This document shows, in pieces, positions 26,697-36,331 of a DNA stretch of 57,827 nt; the stretch's first letter is position 1, and every line of letters begins with the position of its first letter. This DNA comes from a virus (taxonomy: Duplodnaviria > Caudoviricetes), in IMG/VR virus record IMGVR_UViG_3300025536_000018, positions 1 through 57,827 of that record; one strand, given 5' to 3'. A program made the position numbers and the translations under genes. The notes under the pieces were generated by a model that was given only the letters and a program-made list of their open reading frames with translations, had not been told where the DNA came from and ran no database searches.

Positions 26697-29600
26697 TAGT
26701 CCCTCAAAAGCTGCTTGATGAGTGGCACGTTGCGGCGAAGGTGTGTGATCGTCGTGCGCTCCCCGGCGTTACCTTGCATCGCTGCCGCCACCTGGTCGTC
26801 ACCGAAGGCGAGCACCTGGCGCAAGCTCCCGCCACCCTTCTGTGCAGCGGCAAGACGGTTCTTTTCGAGACGCTGTTGCTCCTTGGTCGTGACCTTCTCG
26901 CCCTTCTCCAGGACGGCCAGCATCTCATTCGACTTCAGGCCAGCGCCTTGCGTGCCATTGTGGTAGCGCGGCACGCCGGAGAGATCGGGCATACCGATGT
27001 TCCGCGACAGCTTCATCTGGCCGCCGCCATAGTCGCCGACCGTGCCGCCACCGTGGAAACCGCCCACCAGGCTCTTGGCGATCCGGAGCGCGTAAATCTG
27101 GATGATCGCTTGCGCGATAGCCTGTGCGAACTGTGCCGCGAAGTTGAGCGCCGCGCGGCCGAGATCGGAGAACAAGTCCTTCAGCGATCCGCCACCAGTG
27201 ATGACGTTGGCGATCCCTTGCGCCAGCGTGTCGAACATCGTCATGATGCCGCCAGCGATAGCTTGCTCGGCGCTCTGCTTGACGGCCGTGGTCAGCGTAT
27301 CGGTATAGCGAAGCTCGGCGTTGTATGCCTGAAGCTGTGCCAAGGCGCGGTCATAGACTTCAGGCGGGAAGAGATTGCGGTTCGCCTCCAGATATTGCTG
27401 GAGCAATCCGATTTGCGTGGTGATCGCCTCATTGGTCTGGTCGTAGGCCGACCGGATGCGAGCTTCCTTCTCCGTGAAGTTGATAGCGCCGACATCGTAG
27501 AGCCGATTGGCCGCTTCGATCAACGCCGCACGGCGCTGGAAGATGTCGTTGAGCCGCTGTTCCTCCAATTGGAGGCCCGCGTCCGCCTGGCTCCGCACGA
27601 TGGTCTGTGCCGCCTGTGGGCCGCTGCTTTGCGACTGGATGCGGGCGAACTTGTCCAGGAGCGCTTGCGTCTCGGCGCTCGGCGTCAGGGTAGCGATGAA
27701 CTGGCGGGCGGATTCAATGGCACCGTCGATTTGCGGCCCCATGCTGGAAGTAACTTCCTGAGTCCGGGTCAACGCCTCTTGCGCCGAGATCAACCCGGCG
27801 TCTTGTTGCTCGCGAATATCGCGAAGGCGTTCATCGCGCGACCGCAAGAGGTCGTTCACGTTCGATTCGTAAACGGCCATCTGGCGGATGTTGACCAGTT
27901 GCGCCTTTTGCGCCGCGAGCGCCGCCGCGTAGTCCGCTTGCGACATGCCGTTGATAGGCCGGTCGCCGAACTTCTCCTGGAACTCGGCCAAGCGGTCTTC
28001 GAGCGCCTTGAACTGTTCGTCCACGGCGTCACGGGCAAGCTGAAGCTGTTGCTCCAGGGGAGCCTGTGTGCCCCGCATCGCCTGTGCGGTCGCGCGGCTC
28101 AACGCGGACGTAAGCTGGTCCGACTCGTTCTCATACTGGCGCTGAAGCTGTGCGGCCTCGCGGGCACGGCGGGCGGCTTCGGCCTCCGCCTCGCGTGCTG
28201 CCCTCGCGCTGTCCCTCTCGGCGTCCCTACGGGCTTCAGCGTCCGCCGCCTCTCGTTCCCGCCTCCGGCCGCGTGAACCGGCTCCAGCGTCCGCTCCAGG
28301 CGCTTGCTGGACCCTTGTGGTGGCCCGCCGAGCCTGTGCCATCTGTCCGAGGGTATCGTTTTCGGCGTCGGCGAGGATGCTGTTGCCCCGGCCCTGCCCG
28401 ATGTTGACGCCAATCTGACCAGCCGCCGCCATGGCACCCGTGAAGCCGCCACCAGCGCGGAGATAGGCTGTGCCCGCCCCCTCGAACAACGCGACCGAAC
28501 GGCGGGCGACGTTGACAAGGTAGCTGAAGCCGAGAACCGCGTTCGAGATGAATCGGGTGACGGACTCAATGATGCCGGTATCGGCGAAGGTGTTGAGCAA
28601 GGTGCGCCAGGCCGTGCGAAGGGTGTTCGTCGCATCGGTCATTGGACCGCGAGCCGCATTGGCCCCGTCCTGCATCTTGTCGTAGAGCGCGGTGAACGCC
28701 CGGTTGACTTCATCGTATTCCCGGCCGGTATCCTTCGACGCGATCAAGTTCTCGCGTTGCGTGTCGGTCAGGAAGTGATAGCGATCATCCAGCTTCAGGA
28801 CTTCATCCGCGCCGCGCGTGAACGCTTGCGTCAGTTCCTCCGTCGCGGTCTTTACGTCGATCCCTTGGACCGTGGCCAAGTTGCGAGCCGCAATGATGTA
28901 ATCGTCCACGGCGGCCGGGTTGAGACCTTCCGTGACGAAGATGCGGGCGGCCTCTGTTGCCTCTTCGGCCGAAACACCGATCGCGCGGAATTGCTCCACG
29001 ATAGCCTGGAACTTCGAGACATCGTAGCCATTGGTCTCGCCGAGCGAAGCGAGCACGGTTTGCGCGGTGCGGAGCGTCCGCAACTGGTCGTTCGCTTCAC
29101 CGATGGCACCGCCGAGCACGCCGAGCGCGATGGCAACCGGCGCGATAAGCGGAAGCCACCGGGCGAAGCCGGAGATGATCCCAGGGAAAATCTGGACGAT
29201 CTGCCCCGCCTGTTGGGCGAAAATCTGGAACGGCGGCTGACCGCTCGCCAACCCGGTGAAAACGTCATTCACCTGGTAGGAGAGATTCTGAAGCTGGAAG
29301 GGATCGAGTCCGAGGAAACCCTTCTTGCCGCCAGGCTGAAGGACGTTCGACACGCGCTGGATCGCCGGGGCAGCGCGACCGGCCGCCGTCTCGATACGCT
29401 GGATCGCAGCCGGAAGCTGACTCGAGTCGACTCCCACGCGCTGAAGCGCCGCGCCCATCTCGCGGAGCTTGGCGCTATCCCGATCCAGGGCAACACCAAG
29501 ACGCTCCAGGGCGGCTTCCTCGCGCTGGAGATCGGCCGTCATCTGTTCGACGTTGGTGCTCGCGTTGACTTGCGCGGCGGCCAGTTCGCGGACCTTGGCG

Positions 29601-30565
29601 GCTTGGCGATCATAAGCACCGGCCGCGTCGTCCACGCGCGCCTGTTGCGCGGTGAACTTATCGACTTCGGCCGACACCTGTATCAGGCCCGCCTGGATGC
29701 CCTGGAGTTCGTTGTTGAGATAGCCCCACTCGGCGACACTGATCTTGCCGCCCGCCATCTTGTTGACCACGGCGTCGAGCCGTTCGTCCATGCCGTCCAG
29801 GGTCTTTGCCGCTGCTTGCGCCGGGTTGACGATCCCAAGCACCGCATCGGCCAGGCGGGTGGCGGCGGTGGCGGCACCTTCGTTGCTGGTCTTGATCCGC
29901 TCCGTGGCGCTTACGGCCGCAACTGAATCCGAAGCCAGGCGACGGAAGGCATCGACTTGCGCCAGGCGCTCGGCTTCGACCTTAGCCCCGGCGATCTCAT
30001 CCTTGAAACCGGCCACCGATCCCTTGGCAGCGGCGAGGCCCTGTGTGATGTCCCGCTGTGCGATGGCGACGGTGCGGAAAGCGTTCTGGAGATTATCGAC
30101 CGGGCCGATGATCCCTTCCACGCTGGTCTTGACTTCGGTGTAGTTCTTGCGCGCCTCATCCAGGCGAGCATTGTTCGCCGCAAGGCCGCGCTCGGCCGCC
30201 GCAAGGGAGTTCGTCAGGCGCTTGGTCGGTGCTTCCGCCCCCTCCACCTGTGTCTTCAGGTCTTGATACTTGCGGGTGGCCTTCTCGACGGCCGTTTCAG
30301 CACGCTCGACAGCCGATGCCTGTGCGTTGAGTTGCGTCAGGAGCGTGCGCGCGTTGGCAAGCTCCTGTTGCGCCTTCTCCAACTCGCGGGTGGTGGTGGC
30401 GAGGGAGTCCAGGCTCTTGTCGGTTTTGCCGCTCGACTTCACCAAGTCTTCGAGAGACTGGCGAAGGCGCTTTACATCGGAACTTAGTTCGTTGACCGGG
30501 CGTTGGGCGGCATCCGTCTCCGCCCGAAAGATCATCTCGATATCGCGCTTCGACAGAGCCGCCAT
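26696..30565 (-). CDS. Tape measure protein
   Basis: 1289-aa Ala-rich helical protein; QNLSYQVNDVFTGLASGQPPFQIFAQQAGQI lambda-type TMP motif. Confidence 0.95.
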   Translation of the reverse strand: MAALSKRDIEMIFRAETDAAQRPVNELSSDVKRLRQSLEDLVKSSGKTDKSLDSLATTTRELEKAQQELANARTLLTQLNAQASAVERAETAVEKATRKYQDLKTQVEGAEAPTKRLTNSLAAAERGLAANNARLDEARKNYTEVKTSVEGIIGPVDNLQNAFRTVAIAQRDITQGLAAAKGSVAGFKDEIAGAKVEAERLAQVDAFRRLASDSVAAVSATERIKTSNEGAATAATRLADAVLGIVNPAQAAAKTLDGMDERLDAVVNKMAGGKISVAEWGYLNNELQGIQAGLIQVSAEVDKFTAQQARVDDAAGAYDRQAAKVRELAAAQVNASTNVEQMTADLQREEAALERLGVALDRDSAKLREMGAALQRVGVDSSQLPAAIQRIETAAGRAAPAIQRVSNVLQPGGKKGFLGLDPFQLQNLSYQVNDVFTGLASGQPPFQIFAQQAGQIVQIFPGIISGFARWLPLIAPVAIALGVLGGAIGEANDQLRTLRTAQTVLASLGETNGYDVSKFQAIVEQFRAIGVSAEEATEAARIFVTEGLNPAAVDDYIIAARNLATVQGIDVKTATEELTQAFTRGADEVLKLDDRYHFLTDTQRENLIASKDTGREYDEVNRAFTALYDKMQDGANAARGPMTDATNTLRTAWRTLLNTFADTGIIESVTRFISNAVLGFSYLVNVARRSVALFEGAGTAYLRAGGGFTGAMAAAGQIGVNIGQGRGNSILADAENDTLGQMAQARRATTRVQQAPGADAGAGSRGRRREREAADAEARRDAERDSARAAREAEAEAARRAREAAQLQRQYENESDQLTSALSRATAQAMRGTQAPLEQQLQLARDAVDEQFKALEDRLAEFQEKFGDRPINGMSQADYAAALAAQKAQLVNIRQMAVYESNVNDLLRSRDERLRDIREQQDAGLISAQEALTRTQEVTSSMGPQIDGAIESARQFIATLTPSAETQALLDKFARIQSQSSGPQAAQTIVRSQADAGLQLEEQRLNDIFQRRAALIEAANRLYDVGAINFTEKEARIRSAYDQTNEAITTQIGLLQQYLEANRNLFPPEVYDRALAQLQAYNAELRYTDTLTTAVKQSAEQAIAGGIMTMFDTLAQGIANVITGGGSLKDLFSDLGRAALNFAAQFAQAIAQAIIQIYALRIAKSLVGGFHGGGTVGDYGGGQMKLSRNIGMPDLSGVPRYHNGTQGAGLKSNEMLAVLEKGEKVTTKEQQRLEKNRLAAAQKGGGSLRQVLAFGDDQVAAAMQGNAGERTTITHLRRNVPLIKQLLRD

Positions 30566-30576
30566 CCGACTATTCC

Positions 30577-30906
30577 CTACTCTCCGGTCAATCGCCTAAT
30601 CACCGACTTGAAAAGGCTATGACCTTCCTTTCCTCCGTGAACCGCTGCTTGTGACGCTTTATCGACAGTCGCTTGGTTCGCTAATTCATTGTCCACCCTC
30701 CGCTTGGTGATCTCCTTCTCCGACCACAGCTTGCCGAGTGGATATCGACCGGCGTGGATGTGCCCTTGCGCGATCAAGAAGTTCGCGTCTTCGCGGCACC
30801 CGAAGTAGAAGACGGCGAGAGGATGGCCTGCAATTTTTGCGACACTTCGCCCCGTCCCGCCACGGCCGCCCTTACGGCGTCTTGAAGTATCGCTGAAAGG
30901 TTTCCC
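30577..30906 (-). CDS. -1 frameshift extension of the tail assembly chaperone (gpGT-like)
   Basis: The -1 frame is open from slippery GGGAAAC (30900-30906) to the stop at 30577. Confidence 0.75.
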   Translation of the reverse strand, partial: GKPFSDTSRRRKGGRGGTGRSVAKIAGHPLAVFYFGCREDANFLIAQGHIHAGRYPLGKLWSEKEITKRRVDNELANQATVDKASQAAVHGGKEGHSLFKSVIRRLTGE

Positions 30907-31259
30907 AGGCCACCAGCATCCTCAATCGTCAGCTTCAGGGTTGCCTGAATGATCTTGATTTGAAGACCGGCCGGGAGCTTCACATTGCGAAGTTCCGGCG
31001 TGTCGGTGACGGTGGAAATAACTTCCGAAACGAAGTCGGGGAAGGAGCGCACAGCCACCATCACCAAGTCGGTCATGTTGGTGACGGCGAGCACATCCTT
31101 CTGCGACTGGATGTAGAGCGTGGTGATCTCCATCATCGTGTCGAGATTGTTGACGATCAACAGGCTCATGTCGTCCAGCGACAGGCCGCGAACCGGGCGC
31201 TGTTGCCCGTCGCCTGTGTCGATCATCACCGTAGGAACTTTATAGTCGGTCCAGGTCAT
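30774..31259 (-). CDS. Tail assembly chaperone (gpG-like)
   Basis: Between tail tube and TMP genes; VRGLSL.D motif; in-frame G GGA AAC. Confidence 0.85.
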   Translation of the reverse strand: MTWTDYKVPTVMIDTGDGQQRPVRGLSLDDMSLLIVNNLDTMMEITTLYIQSQKDVLAVTNMTDLVMVAVRSFPDFVSEVISTVTDTPELRNVKLPAGLQIKIIQATLKLTIEDAGGLGNLSAILQDAVRAAVAGRGEVSQKLQAILSPSSTSGAAKTRTS

Positions 31260-31276
31260 ACTATCCTCGCTATAGC

Positions 31277-31306
31277 AAAAGGGCGGCGACCCGTAGATCG
31301 CCGCCC
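31277..31306 (-). terminator. Intrinsic terminator after the tail tube gene
   Basis: GGGCGGCGA...TCGCCGCCC followed by TTTT on the minus strand. Confidence 0.75.
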
Positions 31307-31334
31307 CCGCTTATGCCTGATTGGCCGTCGAAGA

Positions 31335-32423
31335 TCAAGAAGCGCGACGGCGGGTGATATACTGGCGCTCCACCATCGAGTCCCGCTTCAGAATCTCGAA
31401 GTTGAAGGTGACGGTCATCCACTCATCGCCCTTCAGGCTGAAGTCGCCATCGGGCATGAGCTTGACGTAGGGCCAGAAGTAATCGTCGTTGGCACCGGCC
31501 GCGTTGTTCGCGATGAAGGTCATCTCGCCTTCGATGGTGTCCGACCGGCCGACCACGATGTCATCGACGCCCGCCATGACGCCATAGGCAACTTCGAGAT
31601 CGTCGCCGTCCACGATGTCGGTGGCGTCTTCGTGGATGAAGATGCGACCGGCCGCCGCGTCGATGGTGAAGCTGTCAGCCGAGACACCCGTGATCGTCAC
31701 GCTGCCGATCCGGCGCACACCTTGCGGGAGAGCCGTTTCGACGCCAAGCTGATACCACCGGCCACGCTCGACGTTGGTGAGCGTTTCTTCCGCGTCGGTG
31801 CCGCCCGTCAGCGTAGCGCCGGAGACGGTGATGTTGGCCGGAGTAGCCGCGACCTTGGCCAGGGTGATCGCATTGCCGCCCGCACCAGGCGCAACGGCCG
31901 TGATGGTGGTGACAGCCGCCGCGACGGTAGCGGTCACGCCGAGCGCAACCGACATATCGTTGATGAAGTTGGCCAGGGCGGTGGCCTGTTGCGCGATGGT
32001 TCCTGCGATGAGGATTTCCATGCCGCTCGGATCGGCGTCAACGAAGGTGATCTCCTGGCCGTTGATCGTCACGGTGTCGCCATCGTCCGGAACCGCCGTC
32101 GAGAAGGTCACGGTGCCGGTGGCATAGCCGCTGCCCGCTTCGATGTTCGTGGTCTGGTAGCCACGGAACCAGAGCGCCAGGTTCGGAAGGGAGATGTTGT
32201 CGCACTGGAACGATCCGCTCGAATCGTTCTGGAGCGATACGCTGGCATCCTTGACGCGGACGCCGCCTTCGCTCGAATAGTGATCCAGGGTGTCTTCCGA
32301 CTGCGACAGCGAGAGCGCCGGGGTGTTCCCGAAGTAAAGCTGACCGCGCGGAGTGCGCGTGCCGGTGCGGAACTGCCCGAAGAACAGTCGGCCACGGCCA
32401 ACGACATAGTTCATTTCGTCCAT
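31335..32423 (-). CDS. Major tail tube protein with an inserted ~115-aa domain
   Basis: YVVGRGRLFF, YFGNTP, HYSSEGG, P.GDFSLKGDEW motifs. Confidence 0.85.
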   Translation of the reverse strand: MDEMNYVVGRGRLFFGQFRTGTRTPRGQLYFGNTPALSLSQSEDTLDHYSSEGGVRVKDASVSLQNDSSGSFQCDNISLPNLALWFRGYQTTNIEAGSGYATGTVTFSTAVPDDGDTVTINGQEITFVDADPSGMEILIAGTIAQQATALANFINDMSVALGVTATVAAAVTTITAVAPGAGGNAITLAKVAATPANITVSGATLTGGTDAEETLTNVERGRWYQLGVETALPQGVRRIGSVTITGVSADSFTIDAAAGRIFIHEDATDIVDGDDLEVAYGVMAGVDDIVVGRSDTIEGEMTFIANNAAGANDDYFWPYVKLMPDGDFSLKGDEWMTVTFNFEILKRDSMVERQYITRRRAS

Positions 32424-32438
32424 CTGAAATCTCCCTTC

Positions 32439-32939
32439 TTACTTGCCATAGGGGTTGCTGATATCGGTAGTGATCTCCAGTATCAACGGGAGATAGAACA
32501 TTGCCAAGCGCGATGCTGCTTCTTCCGAAGGCGGCCTTACCACGCCTTGACCGATAGTTAAAGAGGCGATGTCTCCGCCGAGCATCCAGAGATCGGGATA
32601 CGTGGGCAGGCCGTCGCGCTCGTTAACCGCGATGATCCGATAGAGCCACTGTTCCACGGCGGCCTTCATCGCGTAGGCGGGATCGCTCGGATTGTCCTTG
32701 TCGTCCTTCGGCCAGCCCTGGACCAGCAAAGTCCATGTCTCCAGGCGCTTGTGGCCCTGGTGCCCTGCCGGTTGCCCGACGATAGGGCGCGGCGCTTCTA
32801 GGATCGACAGGCAATCCTGGACTTCCTTGGCGGAGACCACCAGGAGGCCACGATAGCACTTGATGCCCTCATAACCGGAAGTTGCTTCCAGGATCGTGGT
32901 GAGCTTCTTCAGGATGCGAAGTTGCTTCGAGTCGGCCAT
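32439..32939 (-). CDS. Tail terminator protein
   Basis: Position; SILEAPR...LLVQGW..DD..NPSDPAY. Confidence 0.75.
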   Translation of the reverse strand: MADSKQLRILKKLTTILEATSGYEGIKCYRGLLVVSAKEVQDCLSILEAPRPIVGQPAGHQGHKRLETWTLLVQGWPKDDKDNPSDPAYAMKAAVEQWLYRIIAVNERDGLPTYPDLWMLGGDIASLTIGQGVVRPPSEEAASRLAMFYLPLILEITTDISNPYGK

Positions 32940-33583
32940 TATGCGAGCCTCGCGAATTGGCGGAAGAACTCTTGCGCGATGGCCCCGACGACTTCCGGCG
33001 TCTCGGCTTCGGCGACTTCATTCCGGAGAATCTGGTCCACGCTCGGACCATACAGGAGAACCACGTTGTTCTCCAAGCGGACCATACGGCTGGTGTCCTT
33101 CTTGTTGAGGGTCATGCCCTCCTTCAGGCGGATCGCCAGGCCAAGATTGAAGCTATCGTTGTCCAGGGCCGTGCCGGAGCGAAGGCGCACCAGGAAGGCG
33201 TCCTTCATGTAGCTGGAGCCGCCTTTGACACGGACAGTCACGCCGCCCCGGCCGCCGACCGATCCGCTAGTAGCGAATCGAGCGAGACTGGTGGGCCGCT
33301 GGCGACCGACCACGGAGGCGGTCAGCCGAGTCGGCGTGGCGTGCTGTGCGAAGTTGATCTTGTCATCGACGTAACCGGCCGGGAACTGCACTTCAGCCGC
33401 CACCGCCTTGCGGAAGCGGGCGAGACCTTGGCCGGAGAGAACATCGTTCATGGCCAGGGCCGCCGCGCGCCGGGTGACATCCGGAACGCCGTCAAGGAAC
33501 TTCTCCAGGTCCAGGACTTGCGCGATGTTGATGTCAAACACGGGTGACGGTCCAATAGACGTTCTCCGGCCCATCGGGATCAA
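32939..33583 (-). CDS. Tail completion/neck protein (gpZ-like)
   Basis: R.TSLARF, AFLV.L..G, LYGPSVDQ motifs; start uncertain. Confidence 0.75.
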   Translation of the reverse strand: MIPMGRRTSIGPSPVFDINIAQVLDLEKFLDGVPDVTRRAAALAMNDVLSGQGLARFRKAVAAEVQFPAGYVDDKINFAQHATPTRLTASVVGRQRPTSLARFATSGSVGGRGGVTVRVKGGSSYMKDAFLVRLRSGTALDNDSFNLGLAIRLKEGMTLNKKDTSRMVRLENNVVLLYGPSVDQILRNEVAEAETPEVVGAIAQEFFRQFARLA

Positions 33584-33899
33584 GCTCTTGGTCGAGGATC
33601 ACCGATAGCTCATAGCCGGGAAAATGAATCTCCGCGCCGTTCTCCAGGACCAGGCCGAGAGCGTCAAGCTCCGACTGGTTGAAGACCAGCTTCTCGATTG
33701 GCTCCATGACGGTCAGGCCGTCGCTATCGCCAAGGTTGACTTTGGATTTGGTGTGGAAGCGCGCGGTCAGGCCAAGGCCCGCCGCGATGTGCTCGGCGGT
33801 CGGCACAGTGGGATCACCGCCGTCCGTATAGGTGCAAGGCTCGCCCATCCTTGCTTGGATGGCGAGCCTCGCTTCCCTCTTGATGGCCGAGAGGCCCAT
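33534..33899 (-). CDS. Head-tail joining protein
   Basis: 121 aa, position after the capsid genes. Confidence 0.7.
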   Translation of the reverse strand: MGLSAIKREARLAIQARMGEPCTYTDGGDPTVPTAEHIAAGLGLTARFHTKSKVNLGDSDGLTVMEPIEKLVFNQSELDALGLVLENGAEIHFPGYELSVILDQELDPDGPENVYWTVTRV

Positions 33900-33902
33900 C
33901 GG

Positions 33903-34307
33903 TTAGATGTCCTCGTCTTCGTCGGCATCTTCGTCCGCGTCGGCATCTTCGTCCGCGTCGGCGTCATCGTCGTCGTCGGCTTCTTCCTTGGCAGGAGCGG
34001 CCTTCTTCGCCGGAGCCTTCTTGGCGGCGGTCTTCTTGGCAGCGGCCTTCTTCGCCGGAGCCTTGGTTTCCGTCTCGGCGTCGGCGTCGTCATCGTCTTC
34101 GATGTCGGCTTCGACCGCCGCACGGACGGCGCTTTCGTTCACCGGCTTGCGGAGCGCACCGGGAAGCGCCTTGTTGATGGACGTGATCTCGTCTTCGGTG
34201 AAGTCGGTGCCGGAACCGGCCGAGATGGTCTTGCGCTTGCCGTCACGGACAATCACCACCGACGCACCGGCCGCCACCATGAAACTGGACTTGCTCTTGG
34301 TCATCAT
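33903..34307 (-). CDS. Small low-complexity protein (gpFI position) with AKK repeats and an acidic tail
   Basis: Follows the major capsid gene; GGAG RBS. Confidence 0.75.
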   Translation of the reverse strand: MMTKSKSSFMVAAGASVVIVRDGKRKTISAGSGTDFTEDEITSINKALPGALRKPVNESAVRAAVEADIEDDDDADAETETKAPAKKAAAKKTAAKKAPAKKAAPAKEEADDDDDADADEDADADEDADEDEDI

Positions 34308-34336
34308 AATCTCCTGGAAGTTACTTCCGGAAAGGC

Positions 34337-34364
34337 AGGGCGACGATCCGAAGACCGCCGCCCT
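34337..34364 (-). terminator. Hairpin after the capsid gene (cUUCGg loop)
   Basis: AGGGCGGCGGTC-TTCG-GATCGTCGCCCT; weak U-tract. Confidence 0.55.
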
Positions 34365-34371
34365 AGCTCAT

Positions 34372-35445
34372 TCAGGCTTCGCCGTCATGGACGACGATGT
34401 GGAAGGAATTGTCGATGTTGGTGGGGACCATGAGCGGGGCGCTTTGCGTCATGGTGTAGGTCAGCGACGGGTCTTCCTGGTCCCACATCTTCGGGAACAG
34501 CGGAAGAGCCTGGAGACCCGCGCGCTTGTCGCGGATCGCACCATAGCAGCGAACGCCACGGAGATTGTTGCCAGTGCCGACCACCGAATAGGTGCCCATG
34601 ATCGACTGTGTGACATCGTTCTCGTCTTCGTATTGCTCGTTGTAGGTGTAGATTTCCAGGCGGCCCTGCCCGTTGGCACCCTGGAGGATGCCACGGAACT
34701 CGAAGGGCTGACCCGGCGAGCCGAGAGCCGACAGCGTGGAGTCGCTGGTGCGCGCCACGTTGCCGATCTCCTGGCCCTTCAGGAGCGACTGGACCTTCTC
34801 GTCTTCGTAGAAGAGATCGAAGGCTCCCAGGCCCATCGTCAGGCGAGTGATGGGGGCACCGCTCTCCTGGAACGACAGGGTGCGGAGTTCCGCCACATCG
34901 GTCAGCGGAGCCGCCGCCGATTCGCCCCACCGGGCGGTGCCGGTCAGGATGCGGGTGAGACCGGCGTTGCGGCGGAAGTCCACCACTTGCGTCGGATAGT
35001 CCTCGCCCGTGATCGTCACGCGACCGTGGATGATCGCCATGGCGGCCATCCAGTTTTCCCGACGCTGGATGCTTTCGCGCTCTTCGGCCAGGTTCTCCGA
35101 GATCGCCGCGTTCCAGCGCGCACCGGGCGAACTGGAGCCGAGACCCGGAATCTCACCCGCGCGGCGGGTGAACTGCCGGTTGGGATCGACAATATGCTTC
35201 GGCTTCACATAGGCCGGAGCAAAGCTGAAGGTCTCGAAACCACGCGACCGCATAACGCGACCCTGGACGACAGGGCTGACGAACGGCGCGAGCTTGCGCG
35301 TCGTCTTCAGCTTGTCGAACATGATCTCGGCCGTGTCGAACTGACGGGCGCTGGTGAACCAGCCATCCAGCCAGTAGGCGGATTCGACCGGAGTGACCCG
35401 AAGGACATCCAGCATCTCCGCCGTGCCGTAGAGATCAAAAGCCAT
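34372..35445 (-). CDS. Major capsid protein (lambda gpE family)
   Basis: LAPFVSP.V.G, PAYVKPK, RRENWMA, VDF.R, MTQSAPL. Confidence 0.92.
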   Translation of the reverse strand: MAFDLYGTAEMLDVLRVTPVESAYWLDGWFTSARQFDTAEIMFDKLKTTRKLAPFVSPVVQGRVMRSRGFETFSFAPAYVKPKHIVDPNRQFTRRAGEIPGLGSSSPGARWNAAISENLAEERESIQRRENWMAAMAIIHGRVTITGEDYPTQVVDFRRNAGLTRILTGTARWGESAAAPLTDVAELRTLSFQESGAPITRLTMGLGAFDLFYEDEKVQSLLKGQEIGNVARTSDSTLSALGSPGQPFEFRGILQGANGQGRLEIYTYNEQYEDENDVTQSIMGTYSVVGTGNNLRGVRCYGAIRDKRAGLQALPLFPKMWDQEDPSLTYTMTQSAPLMVPTNIDNSFHIVVHDGEA

Positions 35446-35483
35446 TGAACTATTCCTTTCTTTCGATTGGCCAGGCGGCGCTC

Positions 35484-36278
35484 TTAGTAGAGCTTCTGGA
35501 CGTTAATCATGGTGCCCGCGAAGGCGGCCTTGACTTCCAGGTAGGTGGTGCCTTCCGGGAGATCGAGCGCGTCGAAGTTGGGGTGGCCGGAGATGAAGAC
35601 CGGCGTATCCACCGGGCCGTCATAGCCGCCCACGGCGTCCGTAGTGTCGAGCGCGTGGGGCAGGATGCCGTAGGGGACGCGAGCGCCACCGACTTCCGCA
35701 TCGCTGTCCGTGCCGCCCGACAGGTTCGCCCCGGAGACCGCGATGTTCGCCCCGGCTTCCGCCAGGGTGACAGCGTTGCCTGCCGTGCCCGCCGACTTCA
35801 CCGTCACGACGCCCGCACTGGACGTTGCGATCACGCCGTTACCGCTTTCGACGTTGAAGTCCATGCGGTGCGCGTTGATGAAGTTCTTCAGGTTGGTGGC
35901 CGTGTCGGTCAGGGTAGCGCCGATGGCGACTTCCCATTCGTCATCGACATCGGCCGCCGCGCGGAACGTGATGACTTCGCCGTTGATCGTCACCGTTTCA
36001 CCGGCAGTCGGAACCGCCGTCGAGAAGGTGATCGTGGCCGAAGCGTAGGCGTTCGGATTGTCCGAGTCGGCGAGAGGATTCCAGGGAACCAGGAGACCGC
36101 CGACCAGGGCGACCACCGGGAACTTGTAGGTCTCGCCACGCGCGTTCTTCTGGCCGAAGACGTGGCCTTCGGCGCAAGTGCCCTGCGTGGTCTGCCCGTT
36201 CGGCTCACCAGCCCAAAGCTGGATCGGGGTGAAGGTGCCTTCGAGATTGAGGCCACCAGCCAGTCCATCCATGTTCAT
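35484..36278 (-). CDS. Head decoration protein (gpD-like) with an inserted domain
   Basis: QLWAGE, GLLVPW.P, YGIL, G..N.DAL; AAGGAGA RBS. Confidence 0.8.
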   Translation of the reverse strand: MNMDGLAGGLNLEGTFTPIQLWAGEPNGQTTQGTCAEGHVFGQKNARGETYKFPVVALVGGLLVPWNPLADSDNPNAYASATITFSTAVPTAGETVTINGEVITFRAAADVDDEWEVAIGATLTDTATNLKNFINAHRMDFNVESGNGVIATSSAGVVTVKSAGTAGNAVTLAEAGANIAVSGANLSGGTDSDAEVGGARVPYGILPHALDTTDAVGGYDGPVDTPVFISGHPNFDALDLPEGTTYLEVKAAFAGTMINVQKLY

Positions 36279-36331
36279 TCTCCTTGTGGGCACTTGCCCG
36301 TTGAAGGGTTGTTAAAACTGACCGTTGCCGA

